In this document: piece by piece, positions 45,637 to 59,919 of the stretch
How positions within the stretch are numbered: position 1 is the stretch's first letter
Layout: each line of letters begins with the position of its first letter
NCBI RefSeq assembly: GCF_009914755.1
Contig: NC_060925.1
Direction: 5' to 3' (one strand)
DNA: 64,000 bases
Source: the human T2T-CHM13v2.0 reference genome, Homo sapiens
Notes under the pieces: model-generated
Databases searched by the model: none
Seen by the model: only the letters and a program-made list of their open reading frames with translations
Told to the model about the DNA's origin: nothing
Translations under genes and position numbers: made by a program

Positions 45637-48354
45637 CAGAGGGTAATGCAGGAGAGTCCACTCCTTTTTGCTTACATTTGAATTTCAGTCCACACTGACT
45701 CTACTTGAGGTGTAAATTGGAGAATTCCTTCTCCACAGCCTTTGTTTTCTTCTCTTTCCCCCGCAAACTACTTCTCGTTTCTCCTCCCTTTTTCTTGTTT
45801 GAAAACCTCTGCCTTCTTCACACTCACTTCCCCAGGATCTGCTTTTTCCTTCTTTCAGCCTCTTGTTCTCCCAGTCAAGCAAACAGGAAGTGGGAGGTGA
45901 GGGAGCCTCAGATCCTGTGCAGGATATGGGGTGGGAGAGGTATTACAGAAAGGGCTTCTTTCAGAGTAGACTTCTGATGAAGCGGCACCTTACAGACAAG
46001 CCTTTCTATGGTAAACATGTGGTGTGTTATTGTGAACAAGGAATATCTGTCTCATTTCTCGGCCTTACAAAAATCTTGTTCAACTATCTTAGTCTGGTAA
46101 GAGTTGAGGTACTAGAAATGGTGGATGAGGATATGTGGCTGTACCCCCAGGTAAAACAAGGATGAGGAAGCTGTATGGGGAAAAACTGTCCCATCCTTTG
46201 GGAAAGTATCCTGTGCTACATGGGTCATCATCTTCTGTACAATGTGAAGCTCAACATCCTCTTCTTAATTGGCACAAAATGAAGTGTTTCTCAGGAAGGA
46301 TGTCACAGCTTTTTCCAAATGTGACTCCATATTAATCTCAAAAACCATGTGGAACAACCTGCTGTGTAGACCCGTGCCAAGAATTATGAATGAGTCAGGA
46401 AAGCATCAGCCAGATCTCTAAGAGAGACCATGTATATGTTTTCTACAGCTCTAAATGGCGGACAGTAGGTAGAAACTCAGTGTAAGGGGAAGAAAACAAA
46501 AGAAAACGAAGACATGTAGCTTTATAAAATAGAACGGCCTCTCTCTGGATTGAGCAAGTTTTCCGGGCTGGAAGGATGTGTCAACATAGCTGTGATGTCC
46601 CCACAGTAAGGCTGTCCCAAAACAGTTTAAGCATTGGATGAGCAGTTCAACTTGGTAACCAACAAGGTCTCTTCCAACACAGGCATTCCACACATAGTGT
46701 AGCGGGTAGGAGCTGCTGAGTTGTGAAAGAGGGTGCCTAGGACTCAGCTTCAGAAGACTCAGCCTCTAGTCTCAGCCTAAATCACCTCCCCTGATTTTGC
46801 AGTGTTTAAGCCAAGAGAGTTCTAAGGGCCAGTCCACTGCTGATGTTCTACCTTTGCAACTTTCTTATTTACAGTAAATAACATCCAGAAGTGACTGTGT
46901 CATCAAATGCATAGCACCTCTGAAAATTGTCTGTTTCTTTCCACTTATTTTATAGACAAGAAAACTGAAGTCCAGAGAAGTTGGGTCTTACGTATCAATT
47001 TGGGTTCTCACTTAGCATGTCATAGCACTTAGTGTAACATAGGTGCTATACATATGCATATAATACTTCTCAAATGAAATTAAATCGGCAAAAGATGGGC
47101 CTTATTTTCATGAATACCAGGTGGTTGTTTGAAATCAGCCTGATACATTTGGTTCCCTACCTCCCGGATTTTGTCTTCATGTGTTCAGCCTGCCCCTGTG
47201 CCTCACTCATAGGGCAGCATCTGATTGAAGTCCACTGCTGGACTCAGCTGAGCACGGCTCCGTGATGACCGCAGCCACTCCTGCTGCACCTCCAGTTCCC
47301 AGGTTTCCTAGATAGCCGGGGGCAAGGCGATTGTCTGGGCCATCACCTCTCCACCTTGCCTTGCTATGGCCCATATTTTAAGGAGACCTGCAGGCATCCT
47401 ATCACATCTCTACAAATCCTGCTCTCTGCCCCCTCACAAAAGGCCCCACATCCACAAGATAGGCTGTTGTATAAAACACTAGATTTGAAAGCAGAAAACT
47501 TACATGTCAGTCCTGGTTCAGTCAGCAGTGGTCTGGATGGCTGTGGGCAGGTGACAAACTCAGGATGATTCAAAGGAAAAAAATGAGGTAAAAGAATTGA
47601 AAATGCTTCTTATACTGAATGTCATATGTAAATACATATGCCTCTTCTCCTTGTTCTTTGGATATTCTGTTCTGCTACTTTTTGTTTGACAACTAAATAC
47701 TTCTCTGTATGGTGAAGAGGAAATGGCCCTGGCCTTGTCAATTATTTAAGCTGCATGTCCTTTGACAAGCACTTGTTCTTTCTGAACATCAGTGTCCTCA
47801 TTTTTAAGTGGGATATTACCTTCTTGCCCTGCTTACTTCAGAGTTACTTTGAAGAAGGAAGGAGATCTTTTAAGTAAAAATGCTTCATAACTTAAAATTA
47901 AAAAGTTCTATACATGTAAAATACGGCTACTATTATTACTCATTTATTTACCTTGCAAATCTTTCTACATTGTGTAACCTCAGCTCCATCTTCTGTGTCT
48001 TAACTCAGTCCCCTCATTAATATTCAAGATGCTTCTCATGCCAGTAAGGAACTTTCAGTCCTACATAAACATGTTCACAAATAAGTGAAGCAATCAATTA
48101 AAAAGTGTGAAAAAAAATCTATTAGTCTCCCCACAGCATATCTACACAATCCATGTTTCAGAAATGAACTTGCATTTACCAAATGCTACTTTATATATTT
48201 CTGTTGTAGCCTGTTATTTTCAGAATATTTTCCCATTCATGTTGTTATCTGAGTCTCACTACAAAGCAGAGAGGTAGATGAGGCATCTATAAACATACTG
48301 TGTTTATAGAAGACCAAAGTTCAAACAGCCAGCCTGGAAAGGTAAGAGAGCTTG

Positions 48355-48600
48355 AGGTACAGCGCACTGGATTTGAAGGCAAACAGATTTGTGTTCAAAG
48401 CCCTTCTTAATATACAATTATTAGCTATGTTAATTTGGGTAAACAGCTTCTTTGGATTGTTTTGGTTTTGTTTCTGTACCTAAACATGGGAATAAGAAAA
48501 CCTACTTCATCGATTTCTCATAAGATGGAAATAAAACAACAGGTTTGAGGTACTTATCACAGTGCTTTGCACATAGTAAAGGCTTAACCCCAGTAATTAC
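48355..48600 (+). mobile_element. MIR (one of several MIR fragments at approximately 46.9-48.6 kb)
   Basis: gcactggatttgaaggcaaacagatttgtgttcaaa...tagctatgttaatttgggtaa...aaacatgggaataa...gtacttatcacagtgctttgcacatagtaa. Confidence 0.75.
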
Positions 48601-50696
48601 TTTTATTAATAAAAACTGAGTGTTCCATTTTCAATACTTTTTTTCTATTCAATAAGGTCTTTAATTTTTTGCAACATAGGCACTCTTACCTCATACACTG
48701 AAAAATTGTCTCATATAACATTGAAACTGGACCCTTTTATATTAGGAGAGAATTGACTATTTTGAATGACTATACAACTTGCCAGCCAAGAGTTCTGCTT
48801 TAGCTGCATGGCTACCTCTGTCTAGAAAAGCATAGTGTAATTATTTGAACATTTCCTTGGTGATTTTCTTTTATTATTTTATGAAAATGAGTAGGAAACA
48901 GAAAAATGAATGTGTTCATACTGGTAGCAAGAAACACAGTTTCCATAAATTTACTGTAGTTGAGACAAAGATGGCAGTCCCTAGACCATCTAGAATTCAT
49001 GAATCTTTGTTGAGGGCTTAAGCTGATCTGCTGGACATGTACTTGCAAAGGGGAAGAATAAAATAATGAATAGAAAACCTTGAAAATATACCTCTCATAA
49101 TTATATCTAATTGATAAAAGTTTTTAAGGTATTGTTTTCAAGCTATTTACTTTTTCTGGGACCAGAAACTCCTTATAACCACCCTGAAGTTGACTGTTGA
49201 ATTTCTTATATTTGACCTCCACGTGAGAAATGTTAAAACCACAGTATCTAAGAAGATGTGGAGCTGCTTCCAGAGAAGGCTGATGTGTAAAAACTACTGG
49301 TAGAAATAATGTTTTTCCCTGGGAGTATGTCTTTCCCAGTCTTCAGTTAAACAAATAGAAAATCTAAAATGGCAAGAAAACTTTCCTAAAAAAAGCAGTA
49401 CAGGCATTGCTGCCTGGTGCAAAGAGAGGGCCTTAATACTGTGGCTATGGATCATTTCTGCTTGTATATTTACAATGAATTTCTAAGGATGGATATGATC
49501 CTTGTCTCTGCTACACTCGAGGAGGCAAAGTGTTGCTGGCTAGTGTCTGCCCTGACGATAGATAGAACTTGAGGTGCATTTCTTTGAGATGCTATAAGAA
49601 CTGTTTATTGATACCTTTGTGTATTTCTGTCTGACCAAGTAAAAAAATTCTTTAATAGCCTTTACCTCATTTTTGAATAAAGATGTTTAAGGTAGGTCAC
49701 TAGGGAAGCTTGAAATCCAGGCCATGTTCCTTTAAACAAAATGACATTTCTTAGTAAAGAGGTTCTCAGTGTCCCCTGCAGAAATATATCTGATTTCAGA
49801 AAAGGATTGATTCAAATAAAAATGTGTTTGTATAAGAAAAATTATTTTCTGCTGAGAAAACACATAGTTTGGGGTAAATTTATAGTTCTGGCCAGGTCAT
49901 TAATATCTGGTTGTCAAAAAGTATTGGTTTGAACAAAAATATGTTGTAATAAAAATGCATTGTTTTGAAGAAATTTATTGGCCCCATGAAAACCTATTCG
50001 ATTCAGAAAGATATGTTGATTTCAATGCAAAATCTATTTGTTTTAAGGGAGATAGTGCTGGGCGCTCAGCTTTTCTGTGGGAAATCTTCTCTGTGACATT
50101 GATGTTCACTTAGAAAAATGAAACATGGGCATAATTAGTGGAAAGACTGTGAAGAGAGAGCAGAAGTCCCATTTAATAAATAATGCTTAACACGAACATA
50201 ACGAGCTTCAGTCTTCAGAGCACATTGACGAACATTTGCCAAAAATCTTTCCAAACAGCCAAAAGAAGGGTGTGGCTGGCCATAATTTTAGAGGATAGAC
50301 ACTCATGGAAGGAAAAGTTGGAGGAAAACAGAAAAAAAGCAGTGTCATCAGATGAACACCAGACACCACGGTCTCCAAGAAAACCATTGCTCTAAATAGG
50401 AAGCCCCTTTACACAGTGACCTTGGCCTGCTATCTAGCCCTTCTCTCTCCCTCCACTGCCTGTGGATCAGAGCCTTGAAACCGCGAAGCACCAGGTTTCC
50501 AGATCATATTTAGTGTCTTCTGAGTAATGTATACACTTCTGAAACAGGAAGGTAATAGCATGGCACTAGTGTTGGGATTGCTCAGTGTGGGCAAAGTGAT
50601 CTGTATCTATCCAGACAAAAATCTGTCCCTGGAAACATTGGTAAAAAACACAGAATCTAAAAGCAATTCTGCTAACTTCAGCTATTGGCTTAAAAT

Positions 50697-50910
50697 GGGG
50701 TTTGGAAAATTTCTCTGTAAGGGGCCAGATGATAAATACTTTAGGTTTTAAAAAGCCATACATTCCCTGTCACATACTCAACTCTGCCATTGTAGCATAA
50801 AAGCAGCCATTGATAATAAGTAAATTAACAAGCCTGACTATGACCAATAAAACTTTATGTACGAAAATAGGTGGTGGACTGCACATGGCCTATAGGACAT
50901 AGTATGCTTA
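50697..50910 (+). mobile_element. MER58A (hAT-Charlie)
   Basis: ctgtaaggggccagatgataaatactttaggtttt...actcaactctgccattgtagcataaaagcagccat...ccaataaaacttta. Confidence 0.88.
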
Positions 50911-51289
50911 AAGAATTGACCTCACTGCACAGCTTGCACAAGTAAACAGAAATTGTGCAGAAATATGCCGTATAGAAAGTTAGCATGCGGGGAGCAGATA
51001 AGGATAAACTATGAAAAATAACACAGGCAGTCCCCAAGAGGTGCTGATTGGGGCATAGAGAATGCAAAGAGGATGTCGTGAAGGAGGAACATTCCATGTG
51101 GAATTTATTCATTGTAGCTTCAAGAAATCAAATCTAATTCCAGAATCCAGTATCTTTATTTCATACTAAGTAAAACTTTATTACATAACAGTATTTATCA
51201 AAATTAAACAGTAGGAATAAGTGTTTAGGTGTACACTTTCTTTCTGCAAAGCTCTAGAGATAAATATGAATAAAATATAAGCTTTTTAT

Positions 51290-52945
51290 TCTAAAAGAGG
51301 GCTGCTGCTGGGTGACGTGGCCTGGTGCAAGAGCAGTGGAGCTCTTGCTCAGATGCCCGTAGCCACATCCCCTTTGCTTTAAAGTAGGTGTCTTGATACA
51401 GCCTGGTGTTATTTAGGATTCCATGATGGTGGATAAAACACTCTAGAGGTTCTTTGATAGTGGTTCTGTCTGAAGCCCTATTGGCAGGATTGAGCAAGTC
51501 CATATCCAGAATATGTATGGATTCAAGTCAAGATAAATTACACTAATCACTTCTCTGGTGAAAGGGATAAGATGTAATCAACTTGCAACAGGTGGCTAGT
51601 TGTCCCCTTGAGAAAGGATGCTATATGAAGGGCTAAGCATAATTTCTGTTGCTGTTAAGTTCTGATACTGCTACTGGACAATCACTAGTAGCAGTACATA
51701 GAACAGCCTTGGTAATCGGGAGCCCATGCTCTTGTCCATGCATCCCCTCCAGCCCTGCCACCATGGCTGTTTTATTCACATAGCTTGTGTGCTACTTCTG
51801 GGCTGGCTGATGATAGAGGCTGACTAGGGTTGACTGCCTGAGTCATTCTGCCTACTTATTGTCCAGCGTCTCTTCTGTGGTGAATGTGTTCCAGCAGGTG
51901 TTCGTATGTCATTCACAGATCTTTACACTACTTTGCTACTGCTATAGACTTTCCATAAATCCCACATGGCCTCTCTTCTCAGCACAGAGCCTTCTAATAG
52001 CATGGACTCTGGCAGATTTCTCTAACAGCAAGGCTGCTGGGCCTGCTATGAGATGTTTCTTGAGTTACTATTTTTTATTTACTCTCTTGATCTGGGATGA
52101 GGCAGTTTCAGAGGCTTCCAATTGGTCTGCCGCACTACTACAGCTCTGATCTTATAGCAAATCAACTAATAGGAGTGCTCTGGCGAATACCAAAAATACT
52201 CATTCCTATCACATATTCCAAAAAAAGGATGGGAGAGTGACTAGTGGTATGTCCATTGGATCTACTCCAATTCAGGCCTGGGCTGAGACTGCATTTATTA
52301 CCTGGCCTTCATATGCCATAGTCTAAAAGCATGAGGTATAATAATGCTTCAAGTTCCTAGGTATCAGTGGGATCCTGGACCCTATGCCTACTAGTTCTCA
52401 AAATATTTGAATATTTTCTAAGTAAATGGCCATAGGGCCCTTGTTCTGCCATTAGCATCATAGGAAGAACTAAAGGAATCATTACCATATGTACCTACCA
52501 TGATATGTATGGGGAACCTGGCTTCTCCTTCTGTCAGTGGATTCCTGATCTGAATATTATCTCAGATCTGGAATCTGGCCACAGATTATGGAATTTTATT
52601 AGGACAGCTTGCCTCAGACTCTTGATTATCCATTGTTATATCACTTTCTTTTACACATTTAACACTACTTTTCATCTATCTTGCCTCTAGGAGAGCTCTG
52701 TTCGGGCTCCTAATTGTAACCTTGTCATTCTTTATGCTCTTTCCACCCACCTTGCTTTTGATGGTTGAGAACTACCACATATCTTCACTTATTTTGAAAT
52801 TTTACTATCTCTTTTCTATCAAGCAACCATATTTTTAAATAATATCCTACTATCAGCTTTGGTTTGCAAAGGACACCTTCTCAATAATGCTGGTGCTTCT
52901 CTCACAAGGACATTCCTTATTGCTTTAATAACTAGTGTGTTTTCC
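51290..52945 (-). mobile_element. Degenerate ERVL internal region (gag, protease, integrase remnants)
   Basis: Minus-strand translations: IKAIRNVLVREAPA (gag, ~52880-52930); QIF*ELVGIGSRIPLIPR (approximately ERVL LLDTGSELTLIPG protease, ~52355-52410); QEHGLPITKA and ECFIHHHGI...QDTYFKAK...RHPAAA (integrase, 51291-51770). Confidence 0.8.
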
Positions 52946-54575
52946 AGGCTGTAAATGAACTGAGACTTGAAGAATAGATAGAAGTGAGACATGTAAAGGT
53001 TGTGGAGGACATTCTAAGCACAGAGGAGAGAAGCAAAAACAAAGGCTACATAATTGGGGGATTTCCTAGGTTTCAGCAGAGTTCAGAATACATGAAGGGG
53101 AGTGGGATTTCAAGGTGAAACCTTGTGTGATAATACAAGACCTATAACTTAGGCTTATGCATAAAGATTTGATCTGTTAGTAGTAGCCAAAAGAAGAGTA
53201 AGCCAAAACATTCCTTATTGCCTCTGGTAGATACAATATGAAAACCAGAGCAAGCTAATGGAAGCTGGAGAGTAGGGGAGGGGAAGGAGGCAGTGGCCCA
53301 AGCACTCCTGACATGTGTAAGGTAAAAGTTTAATGTGCCTTGGGCACATGGAGCTGCCAGCCTCATGACATGCAAATAAGCTGGTTCCACTCCAGCAGGT
53401 AACCATATTATCCACCAGCCGTGGGTGATACGGCTCTACCAGCAGTACCTCAAGCACAGTTCTGATCATTTTCTCCAGGAACCAAGTCTTTTTGTTTCTG
53501 TCAAAAAAATTTTCACAAGGACCGTTGGCACAAATGTACTTGCGAAGAGTTGTAGGCATTCTCCCTCCAGAATCCCTTACTGGATTGTGAAAAATGGTGA
53601 GTTGAACTTACCAGGAATTTTCATCTTTTGTTTCTCGTTTCTTTTTCTTCTTATCACATACTTGGTCCCGTATGGATACTTAAGACACATCAACAAGGCA
53701 GTGTTTGAGAATGGGGATATAGTCTAGAATTACAAAAGCAAAGTGCTTATGTGGACGATAAGGACTTGGTGAGGAAAATATGGTTCTGCTCTAACATATA
53801 GACATATGATAGGCCTCAGATTAGGATCTCAGTGTTGGAAGAGACCTTAAGATTCATAAGGTCTGATTGTACATCCATTGCTTAAATCTTTTCTGTGACA
53901 GCCTCTCCAAGTGGACATTTGAGTTATGCCTACGTGTACCTCCAGCACAGAAAAGTCACTCAATCCAAAGAGTACTCATTCTATTTTTGTACAGTTACAT
54001 GTTTTTAAAGGGTTTTTTTGAATTGACCCTTTACCCATGTATGTTGCAAGAGAGAGATGGGGTCTTCAAAACTTAGGGAAGTATGGCGGAAAAACGGATT
54101 TTGCCTAGGAGAAAGTCAGGAGCCTATAGGACCAAGGCTAGAAGGACCAAGATATTACAAAGGAAACAATAGATGCAGGAGGAAGCAACTAAAATACACG
54201 AGACTGTCTGATTAGCCTCAGTAGTCTTGCTCAAAAAATGTTGTGAGGAGACGGAAACGAGGTACTTACTGCATGAATAGATTTTAGTTTCCAGGACTAG
54301 AAGGGCCTGTGTAAACATGCATTTTTTGTGACATTATTATGTTCACTCTTTCAAGTGAAACTCTGCAGCATCTGGCTGAATAATTCATATGTGAAAGTCT
54401 TTAGAAAACATTTGTAGAATAAATGAATGAATGAAATTCTAATTCTTAGGGTGAATAACAGATCCCACATCTCCTATTGAAGAAAATAATCTGATTTCAA
54501 GGCTGGGTGTTTTTTATTTTTATTTTGTAAATTCTTTCTAGTGCACTTGCATTTCAAAAGTACAATAGTTGAATC

Positions 54576-55402
54576 TGTAGGGGAGAAAAAGCAATACAGT
54601 AGTTTCCTTTTGTCTGTAGGAGATATGTTCCAAGACCCCAGTGAATGCCTGAAACTAAGAATTATACAAAACCTTATATATACGATGTTTTCTCCTACAC
54701 ATACATACCTATGATAAAGTTTAATTTATAAATTAGGCACAGTAAAAGATGAACAACAATAACCAATAATAAAATAGAACAATTATACCAATATGCTGTA
54801 ATAAAAGTTATGTGAATGTGGTGTATCTCTCTTTCTCAGAATATCTTATTGTACTATACTGTGAGTGACTAAAACCACAGAAAGAAAAACCATGGATAAG
54901 CCGGGGGCCACTGTATCTTTTCCTCACCCATTGTAAGGTTCATGGCTGAGACCCCTACAACAAAAGACAGATTAACAAGAGAAAAGCATAGAAATTTACC
55001 TAATCTAAGTTTTATGTAACAGGAGCCTTCAGAAATAAAGACTCAAAGAAATAGGGAAATCTGTGTATTCCTATGGATGGATAAGCAGAAGTATGATTAG
55101 AGGACAAAAGGGTATGATCTAGTGGTTAATAAACTGAGGAGAACTTAGAAAGTCCTGTTTGTTCAGATATTTCCTGGCATCTCTATGTGACATTCCTTCT
55201 CTCTGGGTATAGAGCAGGATACCTGTTACATGAAGTTCTTTAAGGGAGAAGAGAGAGGGAAGGTCGGACAGTGACCTTCCTGTGTTGTTTGGCCTGCTTC
55301 AGGGAAGAAGGGTGAGGGGAAGATGAGAATGACCTTATTGCTTCTGCTGTTGTCTCAATTTCCAGTGTGCTTTATTTTGTGGTATTTTGCTGAATTCTAT
55401 CA
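54576..55402. mobile_element. ERV1-class LTR (MER31/MER67-like), interrupted by MER44
   Basis: tgtagggg...cctcacccattgtaaggttcatggctgagacccc...aaagacagattaacaagagaaaagcata...; subfamily uncertain. Confidence 0.6.
54597..54913 (+). mobile_element. MER44A-like (TcMar-Tigger)
   Basis: cagtagt...gttccaagaccccagtgaatgcctgaaac...atacctatgataaagtttaatttataaattaggcacagtaa...ggataag..gggggccactg; TA TSDs. Confidence 0.88.
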
Positions 55403-55671
55403 AGTCTGATGCCTAAGATCACTAATGATCACACTGTATCTGTCCCTTGCATGCTTCATTTTAACTGTGAAACCGCAGAGTTTTCAGGAAGAGAAAGGAC
55501 AACCCTGATTCTGATATGAAAGTCAAATAACTTTTTCTACTAACTTTTCTTCAACTCTTTTTTATAATAAAATTTTCTATGACTAATAATGCACAAATCT
55601 CCATGAATTAATTCTGGAATGAAGGATAGAAAGATTGGGCACACATCTTGTGATTCAGAATTACAACAGTC

Positions 55672-55888
55672 ACAGCTTGGCCAACATGGTGAAACCTCAT
55701 CTCTACTAAAAATACAAAAATTAGGCGGGCGTGGTGGCACGCACCTGTACTCCCAGCTACTCGAGAGCCTGAGGCAGGAGAATTGTTTGAACTGGGAGGC
55801 AGAGGTTGCAGTGAGCTGAGATCACACCGCTGCACTCCAGCCTGGGCGACAGAAAGACTGTGTCAAAAAAAAAAAAAAAAAAAAAAAA
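55672..55888 (+). mobile_element. 5'-truncated AluS
   Basis: ggccaacatggtgaaacc through poly(A); TSD gaattacaacag at 55658-55669 and 55890-55901. Confidence 0.93.
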
Positions 55889-56254
55889 GGAATTACAACA
55901 GACCCACTGGGAAATGGACTTTGAGAAATCATGAACTATGAATCTACTTTAAGATTCTTATCCCAAAAGAAGAGCCCTCTGTCCATCTGTGCAATAGATT
56001 TGGAAATAGAGAAATGGAGAAGACAAGTGTGAATTCTGTACCTGATACATTGAGCTTTTAGTCCTGAGGGTGGTCATGGAATCTTTTGATTTTTAGCTTC
56101 ATCATGTGCAAGATGGGAATAATGAAGCCTGTCTCATATAGTTATTGGAAGACTCATAGTATATGTGAATGCACCTAGAGAAGAATAGACTTTATTTTTT
56201 GAGGTAGCTTTTCTTCTTTTCTTTGTAAAGACTAGTTTCAGAACTGAGGGTCTT

Positions 56255-56720
56255 TGTCAGTCAAGATTCAATCAGAAAAGCAGAAATGACTCTACATACT
56301 TCAGACAGAAGAAATTTAACATAGGAAATTGATTATACAGGTGATGAAAGAATTGAGAAGCCAAAAAGACAATGGAACAAGCAGGGAATCACTGCCACCC
56401 CTAGGAATAGAGGCTCATCTCTAGAAGGTAGTGTTACCAGGGCCCAAAATCCAGGGTCACCAGGTAAAGCTGGAACTGTGCTTACACATACCACAAGTTC
56501 CAGCTCGGGGTCTGGGAGACACAGCCTCAGCCGGAGATAGTATATGAAGTAGAGAGAGAGAAGACAAGAAACACTGGGTTCTCCTTCCACCCATCCTCCA
56601 ATCTTTTACCTGTCATGCACATTGGCCAAACATACCTTGAAGCCAGAGGGCAAGAGAGTCTAGGAATTATAGTTTTCTGAAACTCAGAAAGGAAGAGGAA
56701 GAGGAAGAATGAATCTGAAT
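56255..56720. mobile_element. Old ERVL-type LTR fragment
   Basis: tgtcagtcaagattcaatcagaaaagcagaa...cattggccaaac...gaagccagagggcaagagagtc; family not resolved. Confidence 0.45.
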
Positions 56721-56841
56721 GAAAAAAAGGTTGGTTCAGTGTTCAAGTATCCCATGATGTTCTCTTAACAGACAAAGGCCTTTCTTGTTTCCTCATTCTC
56801 CTTGAGCAAAAAGCAACTACAATCCTTCTGCCCAGCAAAGT

Positions 56842-57068
56842 ATTTTTTAAATTTTTTTATTTTTGTAGGTACATAGTAGGTGTATATATTTATGGATTAC
56901 ATGAGATATTTTGATAGAGGCATGTAACGTATAATAATCACCTCAGGGTAAATGGGGTATTTATCATATCAGGCATTTATCTTTTGTGTTACAAACAATC
57001 CAACTATATTCTTTTGGTTATTTTAAAATGTACAATTAAATTATTTTTGACTATAGTTACCCTGTTGT
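56842..57068 (-). mobile_element. Severely 5'-truncated L1MA2-like insertion
   Basis: tttttgtaggtacatagtaggtgtatatatttatgg...ttgactatagttaccctgttgt; TSD ccagcaaagt at 56832-56841 and 57069-57078. Confidence 0.9.
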
Positions 57069-59919
57069 CCAGCAAAGTTCTTGTTGTTCACATTCCCTGG
57101 GCAAGGGTCTTGCTCAGAGTAGTTTCATAAAATGACTAAAATATTATGTGATACTGCTCAAAGATTCTGGAAGAAGTCAGGCAGAGGGTAGGACCCAAGA
57201 TTCCCCTCTCATGTAGGGAACCTGAGCTTCCTGGAGTAACAGGATCTAAAAACTCTTGTACACATTTAAAATGAATGGCCTGGTGGTTATGCTATCAATT
57301 TAATTCCAAGTTTTGAACTTGTATGAGCTAAAATGAATTTTGTTTTTTTACTGCCTCAATGTAATAGGTATATACTCTACAAAATTGAGTTAAATCTGTG
57401 ATAAATCAAATAATATTTATTGCATTAAAAGTATTTGTAATTTCAAAGAATTTTATAGCAAATCATTTTGCTAAATTAAGAATCTTCTTGATGTAAACAT
57501 AATCACTTCCTAGTGAATCTGTTTTATAAGTTCTGATTTTTCATATGTTGGCTTTTGTTTAAGCAGATGACAATTCTATTTATCAGTCCTCTGACACTAG
57601 CAATGTTATAAACCAGTCTGTTAAGTGCTGCAAAAGAGATACAAACAAAATATTACGAGACACAGATAAGAGGAGGAAAAAAAGGACAAATTCTAGTTAG
57701 AAGAATATGAGATAGATGCATGAAGGAAGCAGTATGTGGTTAACATTTTCAGAATTGGTAGATTTTTTATAAACAAAGAATGAGCAAAAGATGTATCAGT
57801 GGGAAAGTACAGGATGTGCTGAATAAATGATGTAGTAATGTTTGACTGGAAATTACCAAACTTTATGTAAAATATGTTTTACATAAAAACATTTAAAATG
57901 TTGAATTTGGTCAAATTATCAAGTATCTTGAATGAGTTGAGATATTTTCACTTTAATAGGCAGCATAGACTCATTAAAAGTGTTTTTGCTTTAATAGCAG
58001 AGTGATACAACTAGAATTTAACAAATTGAAACTTTTTTCTATGCCTAATATTTTTTGGATTATGTGTTAAAATTAAATTTTCTCTAGAAAAAGGTATTAT
58101 GAGCTGTTTACATATAAAGTTATAGTATGAGAAGTATATATACATATATATAATATGTATAAAACTTAGAGTTTCTTATTTTTAAATTAAGTTATTTCAA
58201 TTTGATTTTATAACTGTTATTATATTTGCTGTGTATTTTATTCATTCCTAGAGAATAAGAAGTGGGACACTTCAAGATATACCTAAATTTATCTTAAATA
58301 TGTCATCCACTAATATCCAAAAAAAGAAATATAGAATCATGGTTTTCAAATACAATTATGAACTGAGTCCCACAATGACCTCTCCAAATCTTATTCAAAG
58401 AGAATTCTTAATTTCTCCAGAAAGTCAAAGGACACATATATTAACACACACAATCTTATATATATTTGAACCAAATGCTAAAAATAATCACTTTAAGCCA
58501 GTATTGGAATTGGTATTATCCCTAAACTAGTATGTTTTCACACAATCTGAAAAAATATTTATTTCTAGGGCTCTGTTTAGAAAATATAATCAATAGTCAA
58601 TAAATAAGAAGCAAAGACTGAAAACTATCTTGTAGAACACAAATTACATTAGAAATAAAATTAAATCGCTCTATTGTTACAACTTTATAAAATTTTAGAG
58701 AAGAGATGTTCCATTAAAATCTCTGGCACTAGCATCTTCTCTTACCACTGAGGAAATTGAGAATGGAGAAGCAAACTGATCTAGGATCACACAACTAAGT
58801 CATGGTAGATCCAGACCTATTCAACCTTATCCTAGTTAGTTTAAATATTTTTCCACTAATTGGGTCACCATGGTATTTATTAACATTGCGGCCCTGGTTC
58901 TCCCAATTCTCATTTGAAGAGGTGATATATGTTGGGGGAAATAGGGTAAGAGGAAGGGAAGGATTTTAACTGTCTTTACAGGAAGATGAAATCTATTGGT
59001 CATTTAAAGATCAAATCCAGAAGCTAAATCTCCTTGACTTTTCTTGGAATTTATAGTGTGAGTAGTTGTATGTGGTTGACTCATGAGTTAAACCCCTCAC
59101 AGTCTGAGGAGAATATGTTCAAACAAAGCAAACATCTCAAAGTAAATGCCAAGCCCGGTGAAGACGTCACAGTCTCGGTCTCAGCCCAAATCCAGTGGCA
59201 GCAGATACATTATGCATGACCAACAAGATTTCTTTTTGCTCTTCTATCTTGGCTGTTGCACAAGCATAAACCCCAATGGAACTAAGTAATCAAATACAGA
59301 TTTGGAGTCATTAAATCTTCAAGGGGAAAGTTTTTTAAACATTTGGTTTGAGCAGTACTCACAAGTTGGAGAAGCAACAAGAGAAAAATCAATTAGAAAT
59401 GGGAAGTTGGCTGGGATAATATGAGAAATTATTGTAAATTTTCATTACGACCTTCAATTTTACTCCTGCTATTCTGCAAATGGAACAATTGAGAAGGAGG
59501 ATTTTCCTACTCATGCTCCTTCCTCTGTTTTCTCTAAAAAGCAAAACTGGAAAAAGGCAGAATGAACTTGTCTCTATCCCTACTTCCTAGTACGTAACTG
59601 CAGAAAAGTCTTTGAACTTCTGTGAATCTCCAGTCCTTTAACTGCAAAATGGGAATAATAATACAAATATCCCAGAGTTTTCATTAATACTAAATAATAT
59701 TTTACAGAAACTGCTTCATAACTTTCAAGGAACAACATAAAGTTTTATTATTATTACATTCTAGGGCAGAGTCTTTTAAACTAGGGACAAGGTGTGTGCT
59801 CTAATGCTCTATCACCCCTGAGATACATTGTTTAGAAAACATTTTTGGCATTGTTCATTTTCTGAATAATGAGTCCATAGGAATGTGTTCAAAAGAAAGT
59901 GAAAGAAAAAAATAAAAAT

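Noticed and set aside
47236-47265. Possible REST/RE1 or MARE site (tgctggactcagctgagcacgg)
   Set aside because: Spacing and sequence do not fit either consensus.
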